The notes: generated from the letters alone by a model not told the origin. A stretch of 64,000 bases of DNA from Eledone cirrhosa (GCA_964016885.1 OZ024754.1:12400001-12464000); one strand, 5' to 3'. Positions 12,673-27,974 are shown, counted from the stretch's first letter. Numbers and translations are program-made.

Positions 12673-15065
12673 ATATATATATATATATATATACCCTTGC
12701 AAGCAGGGAAAAGTGGACGTAAAATGATGAGGATATAATTTATGATAATTTAATCTTAAAGAATAAAAACTAATGATAAAATAATATATTTTTTAAAATG
12801 AGTACCCCAAGGGTGTGTGGTCCTAAGCTATAGCTTATTTAGCTCCTAGGTAAGTCCAGCACTGGTTTTAAGAGCATTATTGTCTTTATCCCACAAGACT
12901 TGGATATAAAAAAACTACAACTATCACTGACAATCAAGTATGATTTGGTAGAATGAACCATGCTTTTATCAAGGGTTTTAGGTGCTCATATAGTTGTGAG
13001 CAGACATAGACAACCTCATAACCCTCATTCCCTTGGTCCAGTGGAACATCCAAGATGTGACAGCTGGAAGGAGAGAGAGAGGGAGGCAGCACCACCACTG
13101 AACTGGTACTTTCTTTATTAACCTTGAAAGGATGAAAGGCAAAGTGGACCTCAACGGGGCTTGAAGTTTGAACTAAGAATTCAGAGACCTGGAACAAATA
13201 TCCCATATTCTAATGGAAGCACTGAAAAATAAAGGGTTATGGGTGCAGCCCTTCCTTCTGATTAAGTGATAAAAAACAAAATAAACCACAATATTAGCTA
13301 TGAATTTTTCACCAGCATAGACGAGGATGAAAAGTATTTCGATTTTCACTGATATTCAGGGATTTTATGAGCTCATAAAGACAATAGTAAAAATACAGGG
13401 CTGACCAAATGTAAGATGAGTCAGCTTGCAGAAAGGAAGTCAATAAATCATAGGTAGAATTCCAAAAGAACTGGTGTCTAATTTACAACAACAACAACAA
13501 GATAAACTGAGGCAGAACATGACATTAAGTGACTTGCTTAATGACAGAAAGAAATATTGCCTGTGAAATATTAATAATTAGTCCAGGCACCCATTTTCTC
13601 TCTGCAATCATCATCATCATCATCACCATTTTATAGGCTAGCTTGGTTTAGATTATAGAATAAATAGTTGTAAAAAAATATATATATCTCATAATCATCA
13701 TTTAACGTCCATTTTTCCATGCTTGCATGGGTGAGACAGGTTGTCACATTTTGAGACAATCGGGTCAGAAGATCACATGTTTCCCATAGGGATCTGTATT
13801 TTGGATTGGTTTCTATGGCTGGATACTTCTCCTAACACAAACCACGTTACAGTGTGTAATGTAAGAAGAAACAAAATAGTAAGAATAACTGGAAGCAGAA
13901 GATGAAATAATTTTCTCTAACATTAGCACAAAGTCAACAATTTTAATGGAGGGAATTTTTTTTTTCTCTCAAGCCCCTCCACCCTCCCTAGTCCCCACTG
14001 TGTTGTGTCGGTGACACAACAAAGGTGCCCAGTCCACACTGTAAAGTGACCGTGTAGGTGTCATAACAAAAAGTACCTAGCACACACCATAAATGTGGTT
14101 GGCATTAGGAAGGACATCCAGCCATAGAAAACCAGCCAGAAACAGTCCTATATGAGCAAGAGATGGTCACCTGACCTAACTTGTCTCTAAATGGGACAAA
14201 TCCGTCTAACCCATGCTAGCGTGGAAGATAGACTTTAATTGATGATGATGTTTGACATGTAGTTTATTTTATGAACCCTGGAAGGGTGAAAGGTAAATCT
14301 GATATCATCTGGATTGAAACTCAGAATGTAAAAAATGAGAAAAAATATTGCAATAACATTCAATTTGATGGTCTACCGATTCTGCCAATCATAGCACAAG
14401 TGGCAATAATGATTACGAAAATGTTGATAGCCTCACACATAATAATCCATGGCTGAAAACAACAATGGAGGCTAGTTTGGTGTTAGTCATCAGAAAATTG
14501 TAGAGTTCAAACAAAGAACAGAGGAAACATATAAAGAATTCTTTGGTTGATTGTTATTGTTATTGATGGAACGGGGATTTGATGGTGGAAGGGAAATGAT
14601 CAGTAGTGAAGAAAGAAAGGAAGGAAGATAGAATGAAAGGTTCATTGTAGCTTCCATTTAGGTTAAAGAGTTTATTCTAGAAGAAAGTAATGCATCAGAT
14701 AGAAACTGAAGAATTTTTTCAATTTGGAAACAATTTGGAATGGAAATGATTAAAACAAACATAAGAAGAAAATGGAATAAAATGAAAAGAAGAGAGGGAA
14801 ATGGTGAAGGAGAGATGGTAATAAAGAATGCAAAACTCTAAGGAACAGCTGTCAATTGGTACATTTGTTACTGGGCAACTTGTAGTAAGTCTGTGGAGAA
14901 GGGCCAGTATTCCAGGAGAGACATCGGTCAGTGATGAAAACAAATGAAAGAATGGCAGGAAAATTGAAATAATAATAATAATAAAAATAATGAAGAAATT
15001 GAATGTATATGCATACATACATACTCCCTCTCACACACACACACAACATATATATATATTATATA

Positions 15066-15097
<32 letters not shown>

Positions 15098-15098
15098 C

Positions 15099-15234
<136 letters not shown>

Positions 15235-15275
15235 TATATACATATATATATATATATACACATATATATATACAC

Positions 15276-15822
<547 letters not shown>

Positions 15823-16059
15823 TATATATATATATATATATGTATGCACAATCACATGCACACACATATATGTGTGTGTGTATGTATATATATATATATA
15901 TATATATACATACAGATATATATGCACACTCACACGCATACATGAGTGTATATATATATATACATATATATATGTATATATATATATATAAATACACATA
16001 TATATATATATATACATACATATATATATATACATATATATATATATACATATATATAC

Positions 16060-16103
<44 letters not shown>

Positions 16104-16545
16104 ATGCACACATACACATGCACACACACATATATATGTGTGTATGTATATATGTGAAAGAGCATATAAATATATATAAATATATATATATATGAACAAG
16201 AGTAATCTGTAGAAAGGGATGAGTGTAAGACTAATAATCCAATCCAATCTAATCCAATCCAATATTTTACTATAAGCCACATCATTTTTGATGGGTACTA
16301 TGCTAGTATATACATATGTATTGGTGATGATGATGATATTTGAAGATAGCCACCGGCATAGATATGTGGTTAAGAATGTTGCTTTAAAGCCAGTTGTTTC
16401 TAGCTTTAACACCAGTGCTCAATATAACAAGTAGAGCTTGATAAAATAAACACAAGGGCCAAAGTGATCAGCTACAGTTTTGAATGCAGCGCTCCAACAG
16501 GTCTACAACTTAATGAGTGAAACGAGTAAAGGAATATAAGCATAT

Positions 16546-16615
<70 letters not shown>

Positions 16616-16619
<4 letters not shown>

Positions 16620-16773
16620 AAAAAGAGATGAAATCGAAAATGCAACTGGAGTCTTATTTTTAAAAAATATATATATATTTATTTGGTTCCTTTACCGGTT
16701 TCGCAGTTCTTCTGCTTTTCAAAAGGTGAGTTGAGATGGAGGGTCTGTGGTTTTTCTCACATCTCACTTTCTA
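16616..16773 (-). mobile_element. Second family D copy
   Basis: Homologous to 15605-15760; begins with TTAGAAAGTGAG on the - strand. Confidence 0.7.
16689..16726 (-). ncRNA. Minimal type I hammerhead, U3-A8 core variant
   Basis: CCTT-TTGAAAA-GCAG(aagaa)CTGC-GAAA-CCGG-TA-AAGG. Confidence 0.75.
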
Positions 16774-17049
16774 ATATATATATATATATATATTTTTTTT
16801 TAGGAACGATCGACTTTCGTCAAATCGGACCGAGGAAACAATGTTTCCGTTGGTCTTTCCAATTGCTAATACTATCTATCGGTTGCAACTCCAGGTAGAA
16901 AGAGCGATGTGAAATAAAGTGTCTTGCTCAAGGACATAACACTTCGCCTGGTCCAGGAATCGAACTCACAACCTTTCAATTGCGAATCCAATTCTCTAAC
17001 CACTCAGCCACACGCCTTCACAGATATATATATATATATATACACACAC

Positions 17050-17087
<38 letters not shown>

Positions 17088-17089
<2 letters not shown>

Positions 17090-17345
17090 CTGGATACCCT
17101 TCCTAACACCAACCTCATTTACAGTGAGTGCTGGGTGCTTTTTTGCCGTGGCACCTACACGTCCACTTTACAGTGGAATAATAGAGACCCCAGTCCCTAT
17201 CATCTCATTTCTACAGCTGAGTAAACTGGAGCAATGTGAAATAAAGTGTCTTGCTCAAGGAAACAACACATCGCCCGGTCTGAGAATTGAACTCACAACC
17301 TTTCGATTGCAAGGCCAATGCACTAATCACTAAGCCATGTGCCTC

Positions 17346-17347
<2 letters not shown>
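17088..17347 (-). mobile_element. tRNA-derived SINE family S2 (CORE-like body, RTE-type tail truncated)
   Basis: Homologous to the full copy at 34220-34560. Confidence 0.85.
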
Positions 17348-17384
<37 letters not shown>

Positions 17385-17525
17385 GAGAAATGGAAAAAGA
17401 TGAGTATTGACGTATATATATATATCATCATCATCATCATGATATATATATACGTCAATACTCATCTTTTTCCATTTCTCCGAGGGTGTATATATATATA
17501 TATATATATGCATGTATATATATAT

Positions 17526-17724
17526 ATAGGAAAAAGTATGACCCCGAGGGCAGAGCTCAAGCTGTTTCGACGGCTATTTCTAGACCAAGAAATAGCCGTC
17601 GAAACGGCTTGAGCTCTGCCATTGGGGTCATACTTTTTCCTATTACCCACTCTACTACTCTAAGTATTGAGTACTCTGGTGCGTTATGGTCCATCTGGTT
17701 TATGACCACAACTCCTTTGTTTTA
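17526..17724 (+). mobile_element. Family C fold-back insert
   Basis: Near-perfect hairpin 17526-17643; homology to 12484-12672. Confidence 0.7.
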
Positions 17725-17738
17725 TATATATATATATG

Positions 17739-17774
<36 letters not shown>

Positions 17775-18120
17775 GATAAATCTACCAAGAGTTTACGGTA
17801 GTGTCCAATCCGTATGAAGAACTCAATGTAATCCGGATATCATGGAAAGAAGAGATGCAATTTATATGTGTATACGTATTTTATCTGCAGATTATAGACA
17901 TACAGAGACATTAGCCTTGAATTTTTGTATTTACATACATCTTTTTGGCATGCGTACGCATGTGAACATATATCTTTATGCATATCTGTGAACGAAGTTA
18001 CTTACATATATATACACACACCTAACTGTATAAACTTTTTGTATTTTCATTGGTCAATTTGAACTCTGTTCCCAAACAGACCTGTAATTTTGAATTGTTG
18101 TTATTATCAAGAAATATATT

Positions 18121-18272
18121 TCATTATTTCTGAAGACGGCATATATATGTGTTGGTATGTATATTTAATTTTGATAGTTTGTATAATTTTGTATAATTTT
18201 GTACATAGATCTGTTGAATATGCATGCCAATTCTAACACATATATATCCTAGAAACGATCGTTAAATAATGA
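18121..18272 (+). ncRNA. Type I hammerhead with a very long stem II, inside a TA-flanked insert (~17775-18330)
   Basis: Stem I TCATTATTT/AAATAATGA; CTGAAGA; stem II ATATATATGTGTT/AACACATATATAT plus GGTATGTATATTTAA/TTGAATATGCATGCC; GAAA; palindromic ACGATCGT; GUU triplet. Confidence 0.7.
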
Positions 18273-18679
18273 ACTTTTTTTGTTTAATATAAGGAACTGT
18301 TTCATTGTTTTATTCATTATTTTTTTAATATTTTATATATATATATATATGTCAGGTCACCAGTTGGTGCTACTGGTAACATGTATCCCAGTACAACCTG
18401 GCTCATGGTCGGGTTGTTGGCGACTAAACTGGCAACCCCACCAAGGTTTCTTGGTGAGGAGGGTGACTTTGGACATCCTGCAGGACTAAAAACAAAACCT
18501 CTCAAAGGGCAAAGGAGCTCTTAAGAATCAATGGCCATCCAAAATCACCGGGAGAGATGACCCGTTAGCCTTTGTCAAGGCAAAATTCTAGGAGAAGGAA
18601 AACTCTAATATAACACCTGCAACCCTGATGGTATCCAATGATGTTGACTTGTTCTTCTTTTTGGTAAATATCATCTTGG

Positions 18680-18956
18680 TTAAGAGAGTGGGACTGGCTT
18701 TGTGCAGTGCCTTTTCTCACTATAAAAGCTTCATGACACAGGCATTGCTTTATATCTGGAGATCTCTCTACACTTGTCGTCACATGGTACCATGGGCCCA
18801 GCATTATGTGCCAATAATTGTCACAAGTGTAGTGTTTGTACCAGAGTTTTCAAGTTGCTGGCTGGACTAAAAAGTCACACTCGTTCAGCGCATCAGTAGG
18901 GGTTCTCCTACATGGATATAAAGTAGTGGCTGTACTTGAAAACGAGTTGGCAGCCA

Positions 18957-18960
<4 letters not shown>
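18680..18960 (-). repeat. Dispersed repeat fragment (probably retroelement UTR), related to 34797-35050
   Basis: agagagtgggactggctttgtgcagtgccttttctcact is the diverged reverse complement of 34908-34945. Confidence 0.5.
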
Positions 18961-19013
<53 letters not shown>

Positions 19014-19156
19014 TACACGGGTGTGTATGATTGTGTATAGAAGATTATATTAATAAAAGAAATTCCAACTTTGTCTGATTTACTCGTTTTATTTACAATC
19101 CTTTAAGATTATAATGATATTATAATGAAATAGTATGGTAGAATATTAAATGTTAA

Positions 19157-19197
19157 TTGAACAAGTACTTTCATGCTTTCGCAATCTTCAGGTTCAA
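19157..19197 (-). ncRNA. Minimal type I hammerhead
   Basis: TTGAAC-CTGAAGA-TTGC(gaaa)GCAT-GAAA-GTAC-TT-GTTCAA; palindromic stem III AGTACT. Confidence 0.75.
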
Positions 19198-19249
19198 ATT
19201 CAGTGGTGACAGTCAAGTTTGCACAAACTTGACTGTCACCACTGAATAT

Positions 19250-19284
19250 GACCTGAAGATTGCGAAAGCATGAAAGTACTTGTT
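19250..19284 (+). ncRNA. Mirror-copy hammerhead with a shortened stem I
   Basis: GAC-CTGAAGA-TTGCGAAAGCAT-GAAA-GTAC-TT-GTT. Confidence 0.6.
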
Positions 19285-19393
19285 CAATTAACATTTAATA
19301 TTCTACCATACTATTTCATTATAATATCATTATAATCTTAAAATATTGTAAATAAAACGAGTAAATCAGACAAAGTTGGAATTTCTTTTATTA

Positions 19394-19427
<34 letters not shown>

Positions 19428-19500
19428 TCATACACATATATATTCACATGTACATATACATACACAAAAATGAAGTAAAAAGTCAAAACATAACATAGAC

Positions 19501-19535
19501 CTAGAAATGTTCTCCCCTTTTGATTGATATTTTTC
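19501..19535 (-). CDS. Putative exon 10: EKYQSKGENIS(R)
   Basis: Acceptor cctttcag; donor AG|gtctat (weak); phase 0 to 2 fits both neighbours. Confidence 0.4.
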
Positions 19536-19849
19536 CTGAAAGGTTTTCAGAAATAATCAATACAGAATGGAATGTTGAAACCCCTAATATCAATTGCTAA
19601 CAATGTAACTCCCATCTTTATCAAGTCTCACTTTCTTTTCTTTGCTCTAGGCTCAATAACCTTTTTAGCAAAATGTTCTTATCCGAAATAGATTTGATTG
19701 ATGGAGGGTTTATAGAGGCTGTCTTACAAACTGAGCAAATATTTAGCCTCAATTACAGAAGCCTATCTCCACACATTTTAAATAGGAGAATACAACATGG
19801 CACATAATTGTGCACACAGCTTATTATCTTTAGACACACTTATATATGC

Positions 19850-22210
19850 ACATACATATATACACATAAATACAAATACAATCACACCAAATATGGACAT
19901 ATATACATACATACACACACACATACATACATACATGCAAACTCACATTCATACATACACATACATATATACACATAAATACAAATATATTCACACCAAA
20001 TATGGACATATATACATACATACATACATACACACACACATACATACATACATGCAAACTCACATTCATACATACACATACATACATACATGCAAACTCA
20101 CATTCATACATACACATACATATATACACATAAATACAAATATATTCACACCAAATATGGACATATATACATACATACATACATACACACACACATACAT
20201 ACATACATGCAAACTCACATTCATACATACACATACATACATACATGCAAACTCACATTCATACATACACATACATATATACACATAAATACAAATATAT
20301 TTACACCAAATATGGACATATATACATACATACACACATATACATACATACATGCAAACTCACATTCATACATACACATACATATATACACATAAATACA
20401 AATATATTCACACCAAATATGGACATATATACATACATACATACACACACACATACATACATACATGCAAACTCACATTCATACATACACATACATATAT
20501 ACACATAAATACAAATATATTTACACCAAATATGGACATATATACATACATACACACATATACATACATACATGCAAACTCACATTCATACATACACATA
20601 CATATATACACATAAATACAAATATATTCACACCAAATATGGACATATATACATACATACATACACACACACATACATACATACATGCAAACTCACATTC
20701 ATACATACACATACATATATACACATAAATACAAATATATTCACACAAAATATGGACATATATACATACATACACACATATACATACATACATGCAAACT
20801 CACATTCATACATACACATACATATATACACATAAATACAAATATATTCACACAAAATATGGAAATATATACATACACACACACATACATACATGCAAAC
20901 TCACATTCATACATACACATACATATATACACGTAAATACAAATATATTCACACCAAATATGGACATATATACATACATACATACACACATACATACATA
21001 CATGCAAACTCACATTCATACATACACATACATATATACACATAAATACAAATATATTTACACCAAATATGGACATATATACATACATACATACACACAT
21101 ACATACATACATGCAAACTCACATTCATACATACACATACATATATACACATAAATACAAATATATTCACACAAAATATGGAAATATATACATACACACA
21201 CACATACATACATGCAAACTCACATTCATACATACACATACATATATACACGTAAATACAAATATATTCACACCAAATATGGACATATATACATACATAC
21301 ATACACACATACATACATACATGCAAACTCACATTCATACATACACATACATATATACACATAAATACAAATATATTTACACCAAATATGGACATATATA
21401 CATACATACATACACACATACATACATACATGCAAACTCACATTCATACATACACATACATATATACACATAAATACAAATATATTCACACCAAATATGG
21501 ACATATATACATACATACATACACACACACATACATACATACATACATGCAAACTCACATTCATACATACACATACATATATACACATAAATACAAATAT
21601 ATTCACACAAAATATGGAAATATATACATACACACACACATACATACATGCAAACTCACATTCATACATACACATACATATATACACGTAAATACAAATA
21701 TATTCACACCAAATATGGACATATATACATACATACATACACACATACATACATACATGCAAACTTACATTCATACATACACATACATATATACACATAA
21801 ATACAAATATATTCACACAAAATATGGAAATATATACATACATACATACACACACACATACATACATACATGCAAACTCACATTCATACATACACATACA
21901 TATATACACATAAATACAAATATATTTACACAAAATATGGAAATATATACATACATACATACACACACACATACATACATGCAAACTCACATTCATACAT
22001 ACACATACATATATACACGTAAATACAAATATATTCACACAAAATATGGACATATATACATACATACACACATACATACATACATACATACATACAAACT
22101 CACATTCATACATACACATACATATATACACGTAAATACAAATATATTCACACTAAATATGGACATACATACATACACACACACATACATACATGCAAAC
22201 TCACATTCAT
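19850..22210. repeat. ~105-115-bp minisatellite (catgcaaactcacattc...caccaaatatggaca) built on CA/TA microsatellite
   Basis: About 20 tandem units. Confidence 0.9.
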
Positions 22211-22864
22211 ACATACACACACACATACACATCCATACATACACACACACACACATACACACTCATATTCATACATACACATACACACAGACACACATAT
22301 ATGCACACATAAATATATACACACACAAAAATGCATACATTCATATATATAGACACATACACACACATACAAACTCACATTCATACATATACACACACAG
22401 ACGTACACATATATGCATATACATATGCACACATAAATACATACACACAAAAATGCATACATATATACATATAGACACATACACACACATACAAACTCAC
22501 ATTCATACATATACACACACAGACGTACACATATGCATATACATATGCACACATAAATACATACACACACAAATATGCATACATACATATAGACACATAC
22601 ACACACATACAAACTCTCATACACACACGCACATATATACACAGACATATGTGTATGGTCATGCTCACATGAACACAAAGCTGAAATTTAGACACATACA
22701 CATACATATACACACATAAATACATACACACACAAGTACACACATATATACACACACAGAAATGCACACAAAATGCATACATATATAATAACGTACACAC
22801 ACACACATATATACACAGACATATGTGTATGTTTATGTTCACATGAACACAGAGTTTATATTTA

Positions 22865-22907
<43 letters not shown>

Positions 22908-23578
22908 CACACCCACACACACATATGCACACACACACACACACATACGCACCCACACACACATATGCACACACACACACACATGCACACACACACACAC
23001 ACATCACAGCCAGACACACATATGCACATGCACACACACACATTCAGATACACATTGACACACACACATACATTCACACACACACATTCAGATACACGTT
23101 CACACACTCACACACATTCCCACACACACACGCATACATACATTCGCACACACACATTCAGACACTCACACACACATACATACATTCACACACACACATT
23201 CAGACAGATTGACATATACATATTCACACACTAATACATATGCACACATCACACAAACACGTGATTATATCCAGATAGACCTAATGCTTTTATTTAGACA
23301 TAGACCCATACATATGTTCACATGCACACACACACACCCGTTCACACACACACACACACACAGACATACACACATACACACACCCGTTCACATGCACACA
23401 CCCGTTCACACACACACACCCGTTCACACACACACACATACACACACACCAGTTCACACACACACATACACACACACCTGTTCGCCCCACATTCACACAC
23501 ACACACAGACATACACACACACACACTCGTTCACACACACACAGACATACACACACACCCGTTCACACACACACACCC
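22211..23578. repeat. (CA)n-rich low-complexity tract
   Basis: Direct inspection. Confidence 0.9.
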
Positions 23579-23902
23579 TAATGGGGGTTAAACCCCCTAT
23601 AGTGAAAATTTTGGAAGCCCATAACTTGAGTATTGGAACCTCTATTATCACAGGGTTTTTCTATTAATTAAATGTAAATCAACAAAAAAAGCACCTCTCT
23701 TTTATGATAAAATTTGGCTAATTTAGACATTTTATCTATGGCAAAACATCACTAGAATTATGACAACAAAAATTATTAGTTAATGCCTCTGCTCTTTTAA
23801 TATTTTCCCTTTCTCCATAAATTATATCACTGATTTAAAATCAATCATCATTTTCTTACATAAAAATGTGTGAAAAGCAGCAAAGTGCAGGTAATTGGGT
23901 TA

Positions 23903-23985
<83 letters not shown>

Positions 23986-24299
23986 TATATAACAGCTTAA
24001 TTCTGTCAAAGACAGTGATGGGAAAAAATGCCTCAGAGGACAGAAACCAGCAGCCAGTGGTCAACAGAGAGACAATCCACAGCGTGGGTGACAAGTAGAT
24101 GAAATATAGAAAACATAGATAGCAGAGGAAAACAAGAAGTGTGTTGGCACACAGAAGGGACTGGAAGAAGGAAATAAAGAAAGGTGACGTACAAGACACG
24201 TTTACACACACACACATCTTCACTGTCATCAGCTCCCTAACCAGCAAAGTGGTTTCGCACAATACATGAATACATTTATGAGTTTTATATCCAATAATA

Positions 24300-24465
24300 A
24301 TTGTTTCTACATTTGGCAGAAGACCAGCAATTATCCCAGTGCATTACTGGTACTTTATTTTATTGACCCTGTAAGGATGAAAGGCAAAGTTAACCCCGGT
24401 GGGATTTGAACTCAGACTGTAAAGGGCTGTAACTCTATGCTGCAAAGCATGGAGACCGACCTGTT
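24300..24465 (-). mobile_element. S1 SINE (diverged)
   Basis: Reverse complement of the S1 consensus. Confidence 0.8.
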
Positions 24466-24913
24466 ATCAAATAATAATATTATAACTGAATCGCTCTGTA
24501 TGCAAATTAAGCTAATTAGCTGATGTATACTTTAAAGAATACCATATATTCTCAAGAGTTCTAATGTGTAGCAGAAAAGGAGATACACATTTTTAACAAG
24601 GAGCAATAGCCCCGAAACAATTGTCGATTGCTTCTCTAAGCTGCCGCTAGAACAAAAGAATGATAATAGTGATCTAAAACACATGGTGTTATGTGGCTGT
24701 TTGCTTGCAAACGAATTGAATATTAGTAATATTATTATAATATTAGGTATTAGTATCAGTGCTCTGAAATAGCGATGTATACATGAATGTATGTATAGTA
24801 TATTCAATATAGATAATATACTGTATGTTTGATAGAAACATTTTGAAAACCATTCGCTATGAATTTTAAAGTAGTAACTATGTCATTTACTTATTCACAG
24901 CAAAAATAAAGGG

Positions 24914-24964
24914 GAGTAATCGACAGTCCTGTTTCTCGCTCGTTAGCCGTTATCAAGACTACTC
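24914..24964 (-). ncRNA. Type I hammerhead, U3-A8 core variant, GUC site
   Basis: GAGTAGTC-TTGATAA-cgGCT(aacg)AGCga-GAAA-CAG(ga)CTG-TC-GATTACTC; 8-bp stem I. Confidence 0.75.
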
Positions 24965-25220
24965 ACCACTTCGCTTCTGCCGGGAGTTATAGAAGATGGA
25001 TTCTTATAGAATTCCAGTAATGTTTAGGAGCTGATTAAACAGAGTGGTTGTCTTCAAAATGTTTTTAATTAAACAGTATATTATCAAATATACTATGCAT
25101 ACATTTATTATAATATTATTATTATTCTATATAAAATTCACAAATACGTTTATGTATCTATTATGTTAGAGCAAAACAAATTTTGTTTATATATATATAT
25201 ATATATATATACTCTCTCTC

Positions 25221-26556
25221 TCTATATATATATACTATAAAGCTGACGGCCGTATGTAGGTAACAAACTTTCCGCCAAACAACTGGATCAAACAGCACCA
25301 AATTTGCACCATAGATATAACTTTTTCCAAGTAAAAAAATGAGGGTATTTTTGCCTACTGAATTTTGTTAAAAGATTAAAGATATTATTTAAATATTCAC
25401 TTCTTTAAAATTTCAAATGTCAACACTTCCGGTTATACGTCATTCCTCACTTTTTCTTATGACATCACACAACATTCCCCTCTTTTTCTTAGTCTGTCTT
25501 TTTAGATAGATACATAGCATTAGATAACGTTTTTCGAAATATTTACTTCTGCGTTCACAGACTGATTTTTTAGTTAAGGGTAAAAGCAACGATTCTTTGC
25601 TTAAACTTTAATGTTATTTTAATATATATATTCGTCTACAGATATTTTTGCATACACAAAAACAAAAACCTATTTATTTCACGAAAGCACAGACGGCTTA
25701 TCATCATTGTTACTGTTCGAGGTTAGAGGACCACAGTCTTTCCAAGATCTGAGAACCATCAATGGCCATCAATGTTCCACTTTCCGTTTGGCTTGCCAGA
25801 TGCGTGGTATGTTACACGATGACAGCAATTGGCACCTCACCCTGCAAGAAGTAGCAGCTGCTAAACTCCCTTCTCAACTGTAAACACCTTTTGCTATTAT
25901 GCCGCACAACTGCAATCTCGCTGACCCTCTCGCACTGTGAATAACCACCGCGAAAGTCTAGCTGAGGACATCCTCCACCGCACACGCAGACACAATACAA
26001 ACGTAATATACAATGTCGTTTTCAATGAGGCGCTCATTTGTCTTGAAAACAGTGTCCTGGAGATTAGTGGTAGGCCTCTTAGTCACTACAGCTTACAAGC
26101 TCCTGACAGGAGTGTCCAGAGGTCAACGTCTACAGAGCTTCTCCGCGAGATGAGCTACGATATCAGTGATTCTCCCATGGTCAATTGTATGTAGGATGCT
26201 CTAGGGTTAGCTCGCCAAACAATATCTTCATCTTTTTCTCAGGAGGACCGAACAAAAAATATTGTATACTCTGAGTCTCTAACAATGTAATTTAAATATT
26301 TTCTGTTACTGTTAAAAAATGTGTTCTCTGTTCAGTCTTTATTGTTGTTACTATCAATTTTCTTTAACGTACTGGCTGCTGAACTGGGGAATATTAAAAA
26401 CTGTTCAAACCCAACATCAGAGCAAGTTAACCCACCCCTCACACCTTCACTGACTTGAGAAGACGTGCGGTATCTTTGCACTGAGGTGGAGGAGGGATTC
26501 CTGAAAAGATAAAATGGCGGTATACCTAGCCCGGCGCCAGCGGGACAGGCCAGCTA

Positions 26557-26557
<1 letters not shown>
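25221..26557 (+). mobile_element. Internally deleted Helitron
   Basis: 5' TC...tactataaagctga; RepHel fragments LLLFEVRGPQSFQDLRTINGHQCSTFRLACQMRGMLHDD, RESLAEDIL..FNEALICLE..ELLREMSYD and C-terminal RTKNIVYSESL; 3' GC-rich hairpin then CTAG|T. Confidence 0.85.
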
Positions 26558-26607
<50 letters not shown>

Positions 26608-27722
26608 CGTGATATGACATGAGCATCAGATGTGTGCATAAGATGATAAGATGTGCAAATGACATAAGCGTATGTGTATGTTCCTGAATATGATATATGC
26701 ATGTATATATGTGTGCATGTGTGTGTTTGTGGTTATGTATATGTGTGTATGAGTATCTGTGTGTTTGTGGTTATGTATATGTGTGTATGAGTATGTGTGT
26801 GTTTGTGATTATGCACATGTGTGCATGCATATGAGTGTGCATGTATATGAGTGTGTTTGTGGTTATGTATGTGTGTATGAATATGTGTGTATGTGTGTGT
26901 GTGCATGTAGATGTGCATGTACATGTGTATGTGTGTATGTGCATGTACATGTGTATGTGCATGTGTATGTGCATGTACATGTGTATGTGTGTGTGTGCAT
27001 GTACATGTGTATGTGCATGTGTATGTGCATGTACATGTGTATGTGTGTGTGTGCATGTACATGTGTATGTGCATGTACATGTGTATGTGTGTGTGTGCAT
27101 GTACATATGTATGTGTGTGCATGTATATGTGTATGCGTGTGTGCATGTACTTGTGTATGTGTTTGTGTATGTGTATGTGTGTGCATGTATATGTGTATGC
27201 GTGTGTGCATGTACATGTGTATGTGTTTGTGTATGTGTGAGTGTATGTGTGCATGCGTATGTGTATGTGTGCATGTGTATGTGTGTGTGTGCATGTGTAT
27301 GTGTATGTGTGTCTGTGCATGTACATGTGTATGTGTGCATGTACATGTGTATGTGTGTGCGTGCATATGTATGTGTGTGTGTGCATGCACATGTGTATGT
27401 GTATGTGTGTGTGTGCATGTGTATGTGTGTGTGTGCATGTGTATGTGTGTGTGTACATGTACATGTGTATGTGTATGTGCATGTGTATGTGTGTGTGTGC
27501 ATGTACATGTGTATGTATATGTGTGTGTGTACATGTACATGTGTATGTGTATGTGTGTGTGTACATGTACATGTGTATGTATATGTGTGTGTGTACATGT
27601 ACATGTGTATGTGTATGTGTGTGTGTACATGTACATGTGTATGTGTGTGTGTGTATGTGTGTGTGTACATGTGTGTGTGTGCATGTGTGTGTGTGTGTAT
27701 GTATATGTGTGTGTGTGTGTGT
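26558..27722. repeat. (TA)n then (TG)n/ATGTAC-rich microsatellite
   Basis: Direct inspection. Confidence 0.9.
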
Positions 27723-27959
27723 GCACTATTACACTGCTAAAGGCAATCATGTTCTGAACAGACTACTGTATCACTTTGAGAAATAAGAAGAATTGACGGC
27801 TGATGGGGGGGGGGGGGTATGTTTGGTGGGGGGGTATGTTTGGTGGGGTGGGGTATGTTTGGTGGGGGGGGGGGTATGTTTGGTGTGGGGGGTTATGTTT
27901 ATTAGAGAGAGATGGCGGTAGTGTGAGAGTGGAGGGGTTAGACTGCGATAGAGGGGCTA

Positions 27960-27974
27960 GAGTGGGAGAGGGTG

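Larger units (their letters stand above)
19046..19398. mobile_element. ~350-bp near-perfect palindrome (Penelope-type inverted terminal fragment) in a TA-rich site
   Basis: Arms mirror around 19222-19223 (aagtttg-ca-caaactt). Confidence 0.8.

Noticed and set aside
16801-16860. Hairpin with GACGAAAG on the minus strand
   Set aside because: No CUGANGA/UUGANAA core or valid UH site
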